Numbered from the stretch's first letter, positions 50,961 to 64,000 are shown. The stretch is 64,000 bases of DNA from Lobosporangium transversale (GCF_002105155.1 NW_019028979.1:1178001-1242000), one strand, 5' to 3'. Program-made: numbers and translations. Notes: a model not told the origin generated them from the sequence alone.

Positions 50961-53592
50961 CTATTTGGGTATTATACATCTCAAAGTGACCTTATTCCTT
51001 CCACTTGCAGAGATCACTGTCTGTAACTTCTCATCGTTCTTGAGTACGAATGATGCCTTGGAAGTAGAGACCATGGCCGTAGTAGTAGTAGCAGAGGAAA
51101 CCCAAGCCAACTCAAATTCCTCTGGAAGTGGCATATCCATCTTTTCAAATTTGTTGCGCACTCTTCTTCTCAACTCGGGGACACTCAACACGAAATCCTT
51201 TCTGTTCTCGACCACCTGCAATACGACAATCCGTTCTATATCCAAAATAATTTTGAATTTGATTGTAAAGGCTGCGCTCGGATGGTTGTCAATTTCATAC
51301 CCATTGGCTGACATCCCATAATAAACCGAGTATGTTTTTGAGGCCCTGTCCCGTTCTGTAGTACCCTTGCCTGCTTTCCATGAGTATCCTGATAACGAAG
51401 CTCGATGCTGGCGATAGCGTGTGGAGCTATGAAGACAATCGTGCATGTGGTCAAAAGGATGAGAGTAGTGAAGAGTGGGATTGCTTTCTGAGAATAGTGT
51501 AGTCTCAAGTGCCTGCACGGAATTTGTTAGTAACGAGGGCGTTGCCTGCCACTCCGATTTCTTTACAGACGGCGACGACCTTAGGTCTGGTGCGGGAGAT
51601 GATGGAGTCCTGGTTGATGATGTAGTGACTAGAAGTGTGGTGCATGCAGACGATGGAATTAGCGAGTGCAAATGGATAGGTGGCTGTAGCGGTTTTTGTA
51701 GTATGTCGGCTCTAGGGCTTAGAGAGAGTTCATCGATAACTAGTGGGGCATTAAATAGGGGTAAAGAATGTTTGTGTGTCGATGTTGTCAATGCCAATGC
51801 TGGTATTATATGCATGGATAGGAGTGATAGTGAAGACAGCGATAAAGTGTCATATTTGCTGTATAAGCTGCCATGAGCCTTATTGTGTTTGCCACTATAA
51901 TCATTTTCATAATCGTTATCATCATTGCCGTTGTCATTATCATTATCATTGTCATTATCATTATCATTGTCATTATCATTATCATTGTCATTATCATTAT
52001 CATCGTCATTATTATTATAAACAACTTCCTGCTTCGCCCTAGGTATCAGCCTCGATTCCGATGACATTTCGTCCTCGTCCTCCTTCTTCTCACCATCTTT
52101 ATCATCACCATCATCATCATAGTCGTAATTATAATTGTACCCGACATCACTATAACCGTTATCGTCGTGGTTATCAATGAAGTCTGAATCATCACTATGA
52201 TATGATGACCCTGGTGGCGAAGGGGGAGATAATTCGAAACCTCTTGAGGGTGCCAATGTAACTAAAGGCGGGAGTTGTGGTGATGAGTTCGGCACAATAC
52301 TTGATGGATCATTGGGATCCCAACGCATACAGATAGGGAATGGCGTCGGTACCAGTGCGTATGGTGAGAGGGGAGCAGGGGAGGATGAGATAGGGATACT
52401 GGTTTCAGCTGGAAGCACAAGCGGGCTCGAAAGACCTTGCGAGGCTTGAGATAGGGAACTCTCATAACTGTCTCTTTTGAAAATATGCCTTTCATTCCCT
52501 AATGCCATAACTTGGTTGATGCATCTGCCTTCCAACTCTACCGCTTTCTTAACTGTTTTACTAGGGCGTGAATCTAAAGAGTTTAGCGCCAGAGGATCAC
52601 GATGGTCTAGCTGGAGATGTTTATCAAGATCTGTTTTCCAGATTCCAAAGAATTCTGAGAAAAGACGACATTGGCTAACGGCTTCTCCGAGCGCAAAGAG
52701 CTCTTGAAGATGTTTGTCAAGAACATCTCGGAGGGCTGACCCAGCAATACTAGTCACCTGAAGGCCAGTCGCCGTATAAGACGATGCTTGCACTGTTGAA
52801 GATGAGGCAATAAGGGATGTAATATTGCCCTTATAGAGGTTCGCTGAAAGCTCAAGTGCCTTGAAACAAAGAAGAGAGGAGAGAGCTTGATGGTTAATTT
52901 GATGCCTCCTAAAGACATAAGAAGATATAACTAGCCTATATATCCAATATATGAGTGAGTCCAATTTATCATACCATCCGATGTGCGACGCTGGGAGAGC
53001 CGCCGATAGGCTTTAGCCATGGCCCTTTCAGCTCCCTCTCCAGTTGCATTGCAAAGTCAACTAGGTCTTCATGTTGTCTATAAATGGAATAAGATTTCCT
53101 CGGGATAGGCATTGCATCACTTCTTCCTGGGACCTGGACCGGCGAAGGATGGACCTGGATTGTGAACCATGGCTGCTGCTGACCTGGTCTGATTTCCACA
53201 CTCTCGACACAGGCGCCTAATAGCGGTGGAGCGAGCTTGGCGCCTTGGTAGAATGAAATGATTGAAGATTCTTTGGTCCGTATGAAAGTATGGAATCCAA
53301 TGAAAGGGAATGAGGAAGCGCCGAAATTAGAAGCCAAGCTACAAGGATTGCTGGCACCATCGCATTCATGGCGATCAGCGTGGGATATGGATGGCCAAAG
53401 GGGATGGCTTTTGGAGTTGTGGGGCGTACAAGCAGGATATGCACTAGGAGTACGGCCGAAAGGTCCCCCACCAAGTCGGGAGAAGCTTCGCTTACGACGT
53501 TTAAAGGGAGAAATAGACGTCGCCGTCGAGATGCTGATGAGCTTCTGCGAACGAGACTCGGGTGTGGGCATAGTGCGCTTCCGTAATAGCAT
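50961..53592 (-). CDS. PX-domain + C-terminal PB1-domain protein (start 53592 or 53571)
   Basis: PX-like WFTIQV...YSIYRQHEDLVDFAMQLERE and LDKHLQELFALGEAVSQCRLFSEFF; PB1-like IKFKIILDIERIVVLQV...LKNDEKLQ...KVTLRC; probable intron 52974-52860. Confidence 0.75.
51930..52010 (-). repeat. Coding (GAY AAT)n hexamer repeat giving an Asp-Asn run
   Basis: tcattg/tcatta tandem units; DNDNDN... in the translation. Confidence 0.85.
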
Positions 53593-54562
53593 CAGCAATG
53601 GGGAATTGAGTGATCGAATTCTAATGGATCTTCTTGAGCTGGGTATAATCAAGCCATAAGTGGGGTATAGGAAAGTTTGAACGAAGTAATTGACAAGAAA
53701 GATTTATCAGGTGTGGAATATTGAACGGACGGTAGTATACGAGAAGGAAGTAGCAGGGGTAGTATTGCATAAGCAACAGCGAAAATTGCTTATTAGTTCA
53801 AGCAATGAGAGTGGAGATAAAGGTAAAAAAGATAGTTGACTAAGTTCCTTAATATATTTGTTGTTGTGCTTATTGCGAGCTAATGATGCGAAATGTACTA
53901 TGCTTCAAGAGGTTAAAATACTCTGAGAAGTATAAAATTATTATTAGGCAAGCTCTCTGCAACGCACTACGGATCAAGATCTGCAGGGGTGAAGACTAAA
54001 GAGCAGCCGCAAAAGTTAAAAGAGAAGGAGGAAAAAAAGAATAGGTGGATCGATGAGACGGTAAGGTTAACATCGGGGAATACAGATATTTCCTGTGCTC
54101 TATTTTATTCTACTATCTTCACACTCACAGGTCATTGGCATCGAGAGGCCTGTGAGCGTTGTTTATAATTTTTAAGGCTTATTTTTGTAGGAACCTCGCA
54201 TATGTCATCAAAAATGGTCGAGTCCACCCTTGCATCACCCTTGCACCTTACACGTTGCAAATGGGATATAGCCATATGCCTTAAGTCTTGTTTTTAAAAT
54301 GACGAACGTGCCTGAAGAGGAAGGCCATACAAGACCAGCCTATTGCTTTGTCTATTCTGTATTTTCTTCATCAATCCGATATAAACTATCCTTACAAAAC
54401 CCCAATGAATCTTCTGAAGCTATTGATATATTCAGGGCGACATTTAAGTCGTTCAGACACAATAGACAATAAAAAATGCATGACGTCCGTGCACCAATCT
54501 ACAAAAATTTTCAAACCAACTTTCTTTATTCAGCTCCGAATGTTAAATTTTCTCCTTCCTCC

Positions 54563-54815
54563 TCAATAAAAGAGAGTCGGATGCTCCCGGATCCAGATCT
54601 GGCACTCTTCCTTGGTAGCTTGAGGATGCATCAATTGCCAGCACATAACTTTGCGAAGGAACTCTGTAATCTTTGGCCCTGGTTTGACATTAAGTAGGCC
54701 TGCTATCTCCTTACCATCAACAAGATATTTCCAAGCAAAGCTGTGATCAAGTTGATAAGACTCGGCCTTAGATAAAAATGTGTTGTACCTCATAATTGTG
54801 GCCTTAGCTTCTTTA

Positions 54816-54858
<43 letters not shown>

Positions 54859-57014
54859 GAGTAGAGGGAAAAGGGTCAGAATACGCATTAATAAAAATAC
54901 ATGGATGAAAACAAAGTCGATATCGTTGCATGCACATACACAAACTGTGCTTAATGCAGCAATGGATGTTACGAATCATGGCCTCAAACTAAAGTAGAAA
55001 GGTAAATATATAGTTGCTCATAGATTTGCTATCATGTCACTACTTACCAAGTATTCCTGAGCGTAATGCCTCATACTTTGGAAGTAGGTCGATGCTGAGA
55101 CTCAAGAGAAATGCACATGGCCACTTCTTGCCTATTACCGATACAAAACCAATATCTCTAATAACCATGCCCATGTTGGCCCTCTCAGTTCGGATGGCTT
55201 GATCGTCCACAGCAGGATTCCGTGCCAAAGTATCTACAATATCCCGCACTGCATCAATACTCTCCATAAGCTTTGTAACTATATCGATATCCAGGTTCTT
55301 TCCTTTAAGTCCATAACGTAGGATCCATGACCCTGCAGACATCACCTTCCTATTGACAGTTGCAGACATGTGACGATAAGGATACAGCATGCCTGACAAA
55401 ATCAAATTTCGTGTACCAAGTTTTTCAGGATAAGGATCGTCCTTGGAGACAATCTGGGCGATATTAGATGAAGGAGCTGTAGTGACAATAGGATAAAGAT
55501 GTGAAGTGAACGAGGTGCCTTTTGTTTGTGCTAGTAATGCTTCCTGTCCTTGATCAACTTCTCCCTGAAAAATTCGTCCTTCTAAATCACCATGGACAGG
55601 AATGGGGTTGATCTTTAGAAGCCATTCGATGATCCAGACCAATTTGAAAGCCTCGTCACTGTTTTCAACATTTCCTTGTACAGCTGTTGTCCCTCTTGCG
55701 GTACCATCAACCTCAGGGGGAGCAAATACGACATCATAAAGATCGAGCTCATGCAAGAGTTGGATTGCTGTGCTACGGCTAGCGCCATCGTCAATCATCT
55801 TGTCCAGTTCAGCGCCAATACGTTCCTTGGAAATCTTGGTTCTGAGTGCTCGTTTAATTTGACCATTTAGGATTGCCTGCTTGGCATCTTCTGCAATTTT
55901 GAACTGAAATCTGGCTGCAAAGCGGATGCAACGCATGACGCGGAGAGGGTCCTGCCAGAATGTCTCAAATGCCTCGAGAGGGGTCCTGATAATTTTATTT
56001 TTCAAGTCATCGAGCCCTCTGCCAGTAAAATCCTCAACTGAATGTGTGTGAATATTGTAGAAAAGTGAATTGATAGTGATGTCACGGCGGTATGCGTCTT
56101 CTGAAGGCGTTCCAAAAGTCTATCAATAACACGAATCATTTTAAAATTAGTGTTTAGAGATGTATCTAAACAATACCATATTCAAACCCACTCGTATCAA
56201 CAGATTTTTGAAATTACAATTTCACTAGGAATGCGACTGGCATCATCGTAAACTTCTGAGCGCAAATTAACAAAATCTAAAGGCATGTCGTAGACAACCA
56301 TGGTGGCTGTCTCTAGATGCTTTGACTTTTCTGGATTGGTAGCGATCTTTGCAATTGTGCGTTTCTCATGACCTGTTGCCTCCATATGTTCATTCACCAT
56401 CATTGCGAAATCATATCCCATCATTGTATCGATTGCGATGTCTAGATCATGACAAGAAAGTCCAAGAAGCTATAAAAAAATCAATAGATCAGATGTCAAT
56501 GGAGCCATTCCACAGTTTCAGCTTTTGATAGATCGGATTAGATCATTGCTCTCGATATATATACCTTATCACGGACCCAACCACCTGCGATCCTCAACTG
56601 AACCTTTTTGCCTTCTTTCTCTTGATACCTCCTGGCAACAGTATCCAGTACCTTACAGATTTTAGCCTCTTCTTCTGTAAGATTGATTACAGGTGGTATA
56701 GACATCGTTGCAGAACTGCTTTTGTTTTCTAGTTTTGACTTATCAGATGCTATTATGGAAAAGGAGAGATGTCTTGCGCCAATAGTCCCAGTATAGCAGT
56801 TTAATGACGCGAGTCTGTATTTGGTCCCGTACACGTACTTCGCTCGAGAATAGTCTCTTGAAGTAGTGCGCGTAATGGTGTTTAGTCGTCGGCGTGAGTG
56901 CTCTTGAAGTTTGAGTAAAGGTTGAAGTCGGACAAGGCGGTATGAATGAGCGGTTTTGATGTTTGAAGAAGGAAGAGGAGTTTGTTTAAAGAGCTTAAAG
57001 AGAACATCAATCAT
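54563..57014 (-). CDS. CCA1: CCA tRNA nucleotidyltransferase
   Basis: LRIAGGWVRDK|LLGLSCHDLDIAID, KSKHLETAT, DFVNLRSEVY, EDAYRRDITINSLFYN, DPLRVMRCIRFAAR, ISKERIGAE; 4 exons. Confidence 0.95.
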
Positions 57015-57309
57015 TCGTATAATTCTTTTTATTTCAAAAAGAATACCGTAGTCGGCAATGTCTCTTATAATGAATGACTCAACTCGACTCTAAATTTGTT
57101 TCATGTTGTTTCCTGCTTTGCCACCACTGTTTCTTAATGGAAATTCATCATAAATAAACTAAGCCACGAAAACACATTATTGGCAAGCTTGTCAATGCCA
57201 TCTTAGAAACACTGACTCTCACTCTGCTGGCAGAGAAATCCGACCTCAAATTGTACATAGTTCCTATTCCAATTCCCATTCATACATACACCAGTAATAG
57301 CAGTGAAGC

Positions 57310-59486
57310 ATGTCAACCATTAAGAAAAAAGGTATGGCTAATGTTGTTACTCCTTCCTTTTTATCGCTTTGTAATCCATAGCTTATTCTCATAATCCTAG
57401 TTTTTATATGCTTAATCACAATGTCTTGACCATCCTTAGGCCCTTCCCAGGTACAGCTTCCTTGTTGCAATTGTCCTTTTGTGAATTCAAACTGGCAAGG
57501 TTCACCTTCGCAATAATTCTCACTTTCTCATTCTTTCCCTCCTCCCTCTTTTTTTTCCGCCATTGCATTAGGCTGAGATTATGATCAAAGTCTGCAGTGA
57601 GATTGTATCAGAGTTAATTCAAGCTCATGAAGCAGGCAAGGATATTAATCTAAACGGACTCAAGCAGCGTTACTCGCGCAAGCACAAAGCTCAGAACCAG
57701 CCTAAGCTTGTAGATATCATTGCTGCTATTCCGGAACAATATAAAGCTGTGCTTTTGCCCAACTTGAAAGCAAAGCCCGTCCGAACAGCTTCTGGAGTAA
57801 GAACGGATCATGGGATAGGATTTATCTGCAACATTTAAGAGTCACAATAAGACAAATGAGACTAACCTCGATTTTTTTTCATTGGTTAGATTGCTGTGGT
57901 GGCGGTCATGTGCAAACCTCATCGTTGCCCCCATATCGCTATGACAGGAAATATTTGCGTGTAAGTGAAAGATCTCTAGTTATTCCAAATTAACAAGCAA
58001 TATCCGAAAGACTAGGAGCTCAGCGACCGTATGGAGACGCAATAGCTGATCATAGGACCTTGCTGTATGAATAGGTATTGTCCCGGAGGTCCTGATTCAG
58101 ATTTCGAGTACTCCACACAATCTTATACAGGGTATGAACCTACGAGTATGCGTGCCATCCGTGCCCGTTATAACCCGTTTGAACAATCAAGGGGACGACA
58201 AGATCAGCTTAAGTCTCTTGGACATAGCGTGGATAAAGTCGAGTACATTATTATGGGAGGAACATTCATGTCTCTACCAGAGGATTACCGGGACTGGTTC
58301 ATCAGTAACCTACACGACTCTCTCTCAGGACATGCCAGTAACGATGTGGATGAGGCTGTCAGGATGTCGGAAGTCAGCCCCAATAAATGTATTGGAATCA
58401 CGATTGAAACCCGGCCAGACTACTGTCTAAAGCCTCATCTAAGGTAAAGAGCGTGTCCTAGTGGAAAACCATGTTGTAATTTTCATGGATGATGGCGCCC
58501 CAGAGATATAGGCTGTATAACAAACTCTTTTTTATTGCTATTCTTCCACATAACAAAGTCAAATGCTGAGATACGGCTGCACTCGTCTTGAGATTGGTGT
58601 ACAAAGTGTATATGAAGATGTGGCACGCGACACAAATCGAGGACATACTGTCAAGGCTGTCACCGAGTCATTCCAGCTGGCAAAAGATGCAGGATTTAAA
58701 GTCGTTGCTCATATGATGCCCGATCTACCTAATGTAGGTATGGAGCGTGATATGGATCAGTTCAAAGAATACTTTGAGAACCCGGCCTTCCGCTCTGACG
58801 GATTAAAGCTCTATCCCACGCTTGTTATTCGTGGAACTGGACTCTATGAGCTCTGGAGGACAGGGCGCTACAAGAATTACACACCTAACTCTCTCGTGGA
58901 TCTTGTTGCAAGGATCTTGGCGCTTGTTCCACCGTGGACTCGTGTTTACAGAGTGCAGCGTGATATTCCCATGCCCTTAGTCACGTCTGGAGTAGAGCAT
59001 GGCAACCTAAGAGAGCTGGCATTGCAGAGGATGAAGGACTTGGGGACTGAATGTAGAGATGTCCGTACAAGGGAGGTAGGTATTGTTGATATCCACAACA
59101 AAGTCAAGCCCGATCAAGTAGAGTTGATCCGCCGTGATTATACTGCTAATGGAGGGTGGGAAACCTTTTTGAGTTATGAGGATCCAGAACAGGACATTTT
59201 GATTGGATTGTTGAGACTGAGGAAGTGTTCGCCTTTGGCCTTCCGTCCGGAGTTGACCAAAGCAGGACCCACTTCTATTGTTCGAGAGCTGCATGTCTAT
59301 GGATCTGTGGTACCTGTGCATTCAAGAGACCCCTCAAAATTCCAACATCAAGGCTATGGTACTCTTTTGATGGAGGAGGCCGAGAGGATTGCAAGGGAAG
59401 AGCACGGAAGCGTCAAACTGAGCGTCATCAGTGGCGTGGGAGTACGAAACTACTATGCCAAGCTTGGATATACTCTTGACGGTAAG

Positions 59487-59543
<57 letters not shown>

Positions 59544-59662
59544 GAGAAAAGGAGGTAATGCGGCAACGGTTGGTATTATGCTTTTATTTGATGGCAATTT
59601 ATTTACTTCTTTTCCTTCACGGACGTATACTAGGCCCTTATATGTCCAAGATGTTGGTGTAG
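57310..59662 (+). CDS. ELP3: Elongator complex catalytic subunit Elp3 (radical SAM + GNAT)
   Basis: [70 protein letters not shown]; 7 exons including an 11-nt exon at 57440-57450. Confidence 0.97.
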
Positions 59663-60025
59663 TTTGACGAGGCATCCCTACCATGTACTTTAAATAAATA
59701 ATATAAAAAATATACAGAACTGGTGATGAATCCGTTGACTCAATGAAGTGAGTCTAAACATAAGCTTCTAAATGATTACTTAGATGCATTCTAAATGTTC
59801 ATCTATGTAAACAATACGCGTGAGAAGACTTGGGCAATTTCGCAAAAACGCAACTTTGCATGCGTGTCTGGTGGTCTCATTTTTCCACATTTGGACGATC
59901 AACACATGTTGCTTCTGTGTATCCAAAATAATACATGTGTTTTAGCATATGGCATGCAGTTGGTAAAACAACACGTGGTTGACAAAGGAAGTTCTTTGCT
60001 TTATTCATTTTGTTTCCCAGCCATC

Positions 60026-63000
60026 CTACATCTCAAGTTTGAAGTCCCATTGGTTCTTTTCCGCCACTAAGATTAACTCCTTCATCCCCCTGGCCGTGAT
60101 CTGTGTGTTCAATAGCGACAACCCACTAAGCCCGAGCTTTGAACGACTGGGCTTCTGAAGACGATGGCTGATAGCTTTAGTAGCTGGGGATGTCAATGCT
60201 GGTCCTGATACAATTTTTACTGAAGCTTCGAGGTACTTCACCAGCAAAGTGGCTTCCTTATTCCCCATATTAGTGCGTTCTATCTGTAATTTCAATAATT
60301 TCGAAAAATCTAGTGACTTGAACAAGCATTCCCAGGCATTTACGCTACTATTACCATTGTAAATAGTATGTTTCGTCGGAACTACCTCATCCGGGCTGAG
60401 CTCCCCTTCTTCCTTTTCGAGGGGCGCCACCGGTGATCCCTTCCGTTTATCGTTCTCTCCTGGAGGGAGATTTAAGTCTGTCAGTTTTAGTGATCTCAAA
60501 GTCAGTTTTGTTCTGGAAAGGAGAGAACCACAAAGTTCTTGAAACCGTTCATAGTTGAGGCTCTGGCAATCAATCTCCAGTTCCTGTAGCGAAAGCTCTG
60601 CCGTCACCAGTACTCCGGAGTATTGGTGCTGCTGCTGCGGATTCTGCCGATGATAGGAACCATTAGTATTATAAGTGTTATTGCTACCCATCCACTTCGT
60701 AATCACACCCACCCAGGTATTGTCATGGAGATTCCTGAGCCTCAGGGCCGTCAAGGACTTGAAAGGCATCTTCAATCCAGAGCTAGACAGGAGAGATAAC
60801 CACCCGACCTTACCAGGCTTTGCGCCCACAAGGTTAACGGTGAACTCCTGTATTCTGGTATCAGTATAAGTGGCAGAAGTAGCAGTAGCGTATGAAATAA
60901 TTCCTTTATCGCGTATGGCAGCGCTATTACCACCATGGGTCACCTTTACGGACAAGACAGGCGAGTTTTGGTAATTAAATTGAACGTTGATGCTTGGTGT
61001 AATCCCATAGGGCTTTCTTCTCAAAGCCTCATCTCTATCACTCATTAGTTGTTTTAGACAACTGTGATAGAGATCTGACGGGCAATCCAAGGTCAAGTGC
61101 TCGAGCTGGACTGCGCGCTTTACAACTTGCAGAATTCGATCCGTATGGCCTTTAGACCAATTGTGCGAGGCGTCTGGAAAATAAAACTGCACTTGCAGTA
61201 CTTTCAAGTTAAGTAGCTTTTCCACTTTGCCACCACCATTGACGCTAGAATAACGCTGCTGCTTCTGATGAAGCTGTTGTTGTTGCTGTTGCTGATGCTC
61301 TCCTTGAAAACGAACAAACCTAGGTACAGAAAGCAAGCGCAATTCCTCAAGTCTTTCGTGCTCTATTAGACGCTGGAATGAAGAACAGACAGAGTCTCTA
61401 TCTTGTTTGCTGGTATAAGCACTCGAAAGGAAGTCAGATAGAGGGGAAGGGGTAGAGAAAGTAGAAGAGCGGCGGCAATCCAGTATTAAAGCCTGGATGT
61501 CTGAGGCTTTGGTGATGGCATTGACAAGGTCTTCTAAGTCCTGTTGATCCCATACCCAATCCAAAGCGATGTTGAGCCATTTTCTCAGTTGTTGTGATTG
61601 TCGCTCTTTCAGCTTCTTGTTCTCGCTTTGAATAAGAAGCCTATAGAACGAGAGGGCTTCCATCGAGCTTGTTAGTGTAATGCTTATCTTTAGCCCATCG
61701 TCCCGATTTGCATCATCTTTTACCCATTCAATCATCCCACCACATCTTTCTACGAATTTTGTTAAGCCTTCGTAAGAAGATTTAGTAAACTGTGCTGATG
61801 GTGGTGAAGCCTCTATCACTATGATGGTTGGAGCACGTGCGCTAAGCTCTTCTGAGTTCTTTGTTATCCCTGCAGTTGCTGTTTCTGGCCTCATTAGCTC
61901 TACTGTTTTCCCAATAGCAGCACCTGTTTTTTGGCTTTTAATAATATCAGTAGTGCGCGGAAACCGCTTTAATTTCTTGCATTGAGGCTGTTGATCTTGG
62001 TCTCCATCAGTTAAGGGTCCATTAGATGTATACTGTGTGGGCTGGGCCGCCATCACGCTAGGCGAGGCAGTGGTTGATTTGATTTGGCTCTTGGTTGTGC
62101 TATCTATGGATAGGCCTCGTTTACGGCCGGCCCGCTTCGAGCCCTCCTCTTTAGTTTGCTGAAACTCGTCACTGGATCCTGGTACGGAACCTACATAAAA
62201 ATGAATACGATAGTTTTGATAGTTCGGGGCTTCACCACCATTGCTTAGGCTTTGAGTATCATCACTATTGTGCTTATGACGATCTATGTTGTTGGATTTT
62301 GGTGGAGCAGAATTTTTGTCGGCAGGCTTGTAGTCCTGATCGTGATGAAGACGGCCACGCTTTTTCTGTGCAGAAGGAGGGACAATGCTTCCTAAAAATC
62401 CTGACTCGGAGGAGCTTGATGAATACGAGAAACATTCAGAAGAGTTAGTGCTGCTATCATCCCTAATGAGACCATTACTAGGGCTGACACCAGTTCTACC
62501 ACTGCTGCTGCTACCACTGCTGTTGCTACCATTGCTGCTGCTACCATTGCTGCTGCTACCATTGCTGCTGCTACCATTGCTGCTGCTACCATTGCTGCTG
62601 CTATCGCTGCTATTACTGCCACTATCGCTGCTGTTACTGCCACTATCACTGCTGTTACTACTGGTATCACTGCTACCATTACTATTGGATCGGCTCCTCA
62701 TTAGAAGTAATGTCTTTCCAGAATACTCCATTCGATGGTTAGGTCTAGAGTTGTGACTAACATTGCTCCTATCGTCATTACCATCGCTATTGCCACTGGC
62801 ATCATCATCATCATCATTGTCGATCCGAAATGGACGCTTTCGTTGCTTCTGTCCCTGCTGGTCTTTCTGCTCTTGAGGTTGTTCCTGCTGCTCTTGATAT
62901 TTTTGGCGCTGCTGATGTTCTAGATGTTCCAGGCTTTCCTGCTGTCCCCGTTGCCTCTGTTCTTTACAAGCCAGCTCAAGTAACTTGATCAGGTCTTGAC

Positions 63001-63799
63001 TTAGTCGCTCGCCTTGTTTAGAGACCACTTTCTCAACCCCACTGCATAACCTTTGAAAGAGCGAATCTGATAAATTGCAGTGGGCATCCGCAACTGGATG
63101 TGGTGATGGAAAAGGTATATTTTGCTCCTGCTGGTGTTGTTGTTGTTGTTGTTGCTTCGTAGGTAGGACTTCTTGAAGGAGAGAACAATCGTGAACGACG
63201 TGAATGACTTGTTTAGGCTGATAATGAACCCAGATAACATCGTCATCACTATCATCGCCACTACTATCCCGTGAAGCATCGCTATATCCCCTAATGTTTA
63301 TAGTAAGCAGATTGTCAAGAACTTAACAACTTTTTTTTTTTTTTTTTTTTTTTTTTCATATTTCGCGATTCAATGTCAATAATAATAAAAAAAAAAGTTC
63401 ATTATCTTCTATTTTTCCTCCCCTCATTTTCTTCATCGTCAGCTATTCTTACCTTGTGTTCCTGGCTCTTTTATCGTTTACTTTACTTTCTGTAACCGTA
63501 TTTTTATTTGTATGGTTCGATTGCTTCCGGATATCCTGCTGTTGCTGCTGGCGCCTTCGTCGACTCGAACGAAATCCAACTTGAGGTTCGAGAGTTCTTC
63601 CATCGACTTCTAACCGAACCATCCTTGGATACATCTGTTCAATTTTATAGAGAGGAATATATTTAGTCCCTGTACGTTCATGAATCCGTACAGGCACTTT
63701 AACAGGGCCATGACATGGTCCTGGAATCGTTGGAAGAAGCTTTTGGTGTAATATCCGTGAGCCTCTATTCGTCTTCCTACGCTGAGTTGATTTTGCCAT
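60026..63799 (-). CDS. Divergent header + low-complexity linker + LRR-like protein (about 1203 aa), distant relative of paralogues 1-3
   Basis: Exons 63799-63453 and 63290-60026 join in frame; KISITLTSSMEALSFYRLL...LNIALDW matches RVTITLTSAVDATQFYKAL...LNLTLDW of paralogue 1. Confidence 0.8.
62500..62685 (-). repeat. Coding 15-bp and 21-bp tandem repeats (SSNGS / SNSSDSG)
   Basis: ccattgctgctgcta repeated in tandem. Confidence 0.85.
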
Positions 63800-63801
63800 T
63801 T

Positions 63802-63838
<37 letters not shown>

Positions 63839-63949
63839 GGGTACTTGACTGGGTCCTGGTCTAGTTTAGTGTTGTACAGCCAAGAGTATAAAGTATAGAA
63901 AGTGTAGAGATGATAACGTTCAGATTAATAGACAGAATGATTATGATAA

Positions 63950-63986
<37 letters not shown>

Positions 63987-64000
63987 ACTTATTAAGCAAA

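Noticed and set aside
62385..62756. Leu-rich and Ala/Val-rich ORFs overlapping the last gene
   Set aside because: Alternative frames of the coding Ser/Asn/Gly tandem repeat.

Overview
Intron-rich, homopolymer-rich eukaryotic DNA. Gene content and style suggest an early-diverging fungus, probably Mortierellaceae (inference). About 21 genes were reconstructed by hand from GT-AG introns. Housekeeping genes: STRAP-like WD40, RER1, FKBP12, tubulin cofactor C, ERF4/GOLGA7, dolichyl-PP phosphatase, heme oxygenase, TMEM135-like, EMC4, tetraspanin, a PX-PB1 protein, CCA1 and ELP3. Also present: an intact IS630-Tc1-mariner transposon with 37-bp perfect TIRs, TA duplication and an unusually long DD87E triad; a PP2C-fold gene with degenerate metal-binding motifs; and a large stop-riddled pseudogene. 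The best candidate for an undescribed system is an accessory block at 33.9-48.4 kb. It holds a small secreted 8-Cys protein tail-to-tail with a tandem array of three paralogues: two have a shared N-terminal header, a helical region, a Cys/His core and an LRR-like solenoid but no P-loop, and the third is cleanly truncated. A fourth, domain-swapped relative lies at 60-63.8 kb. All calls come from motif recognition by eye; no searches were run.
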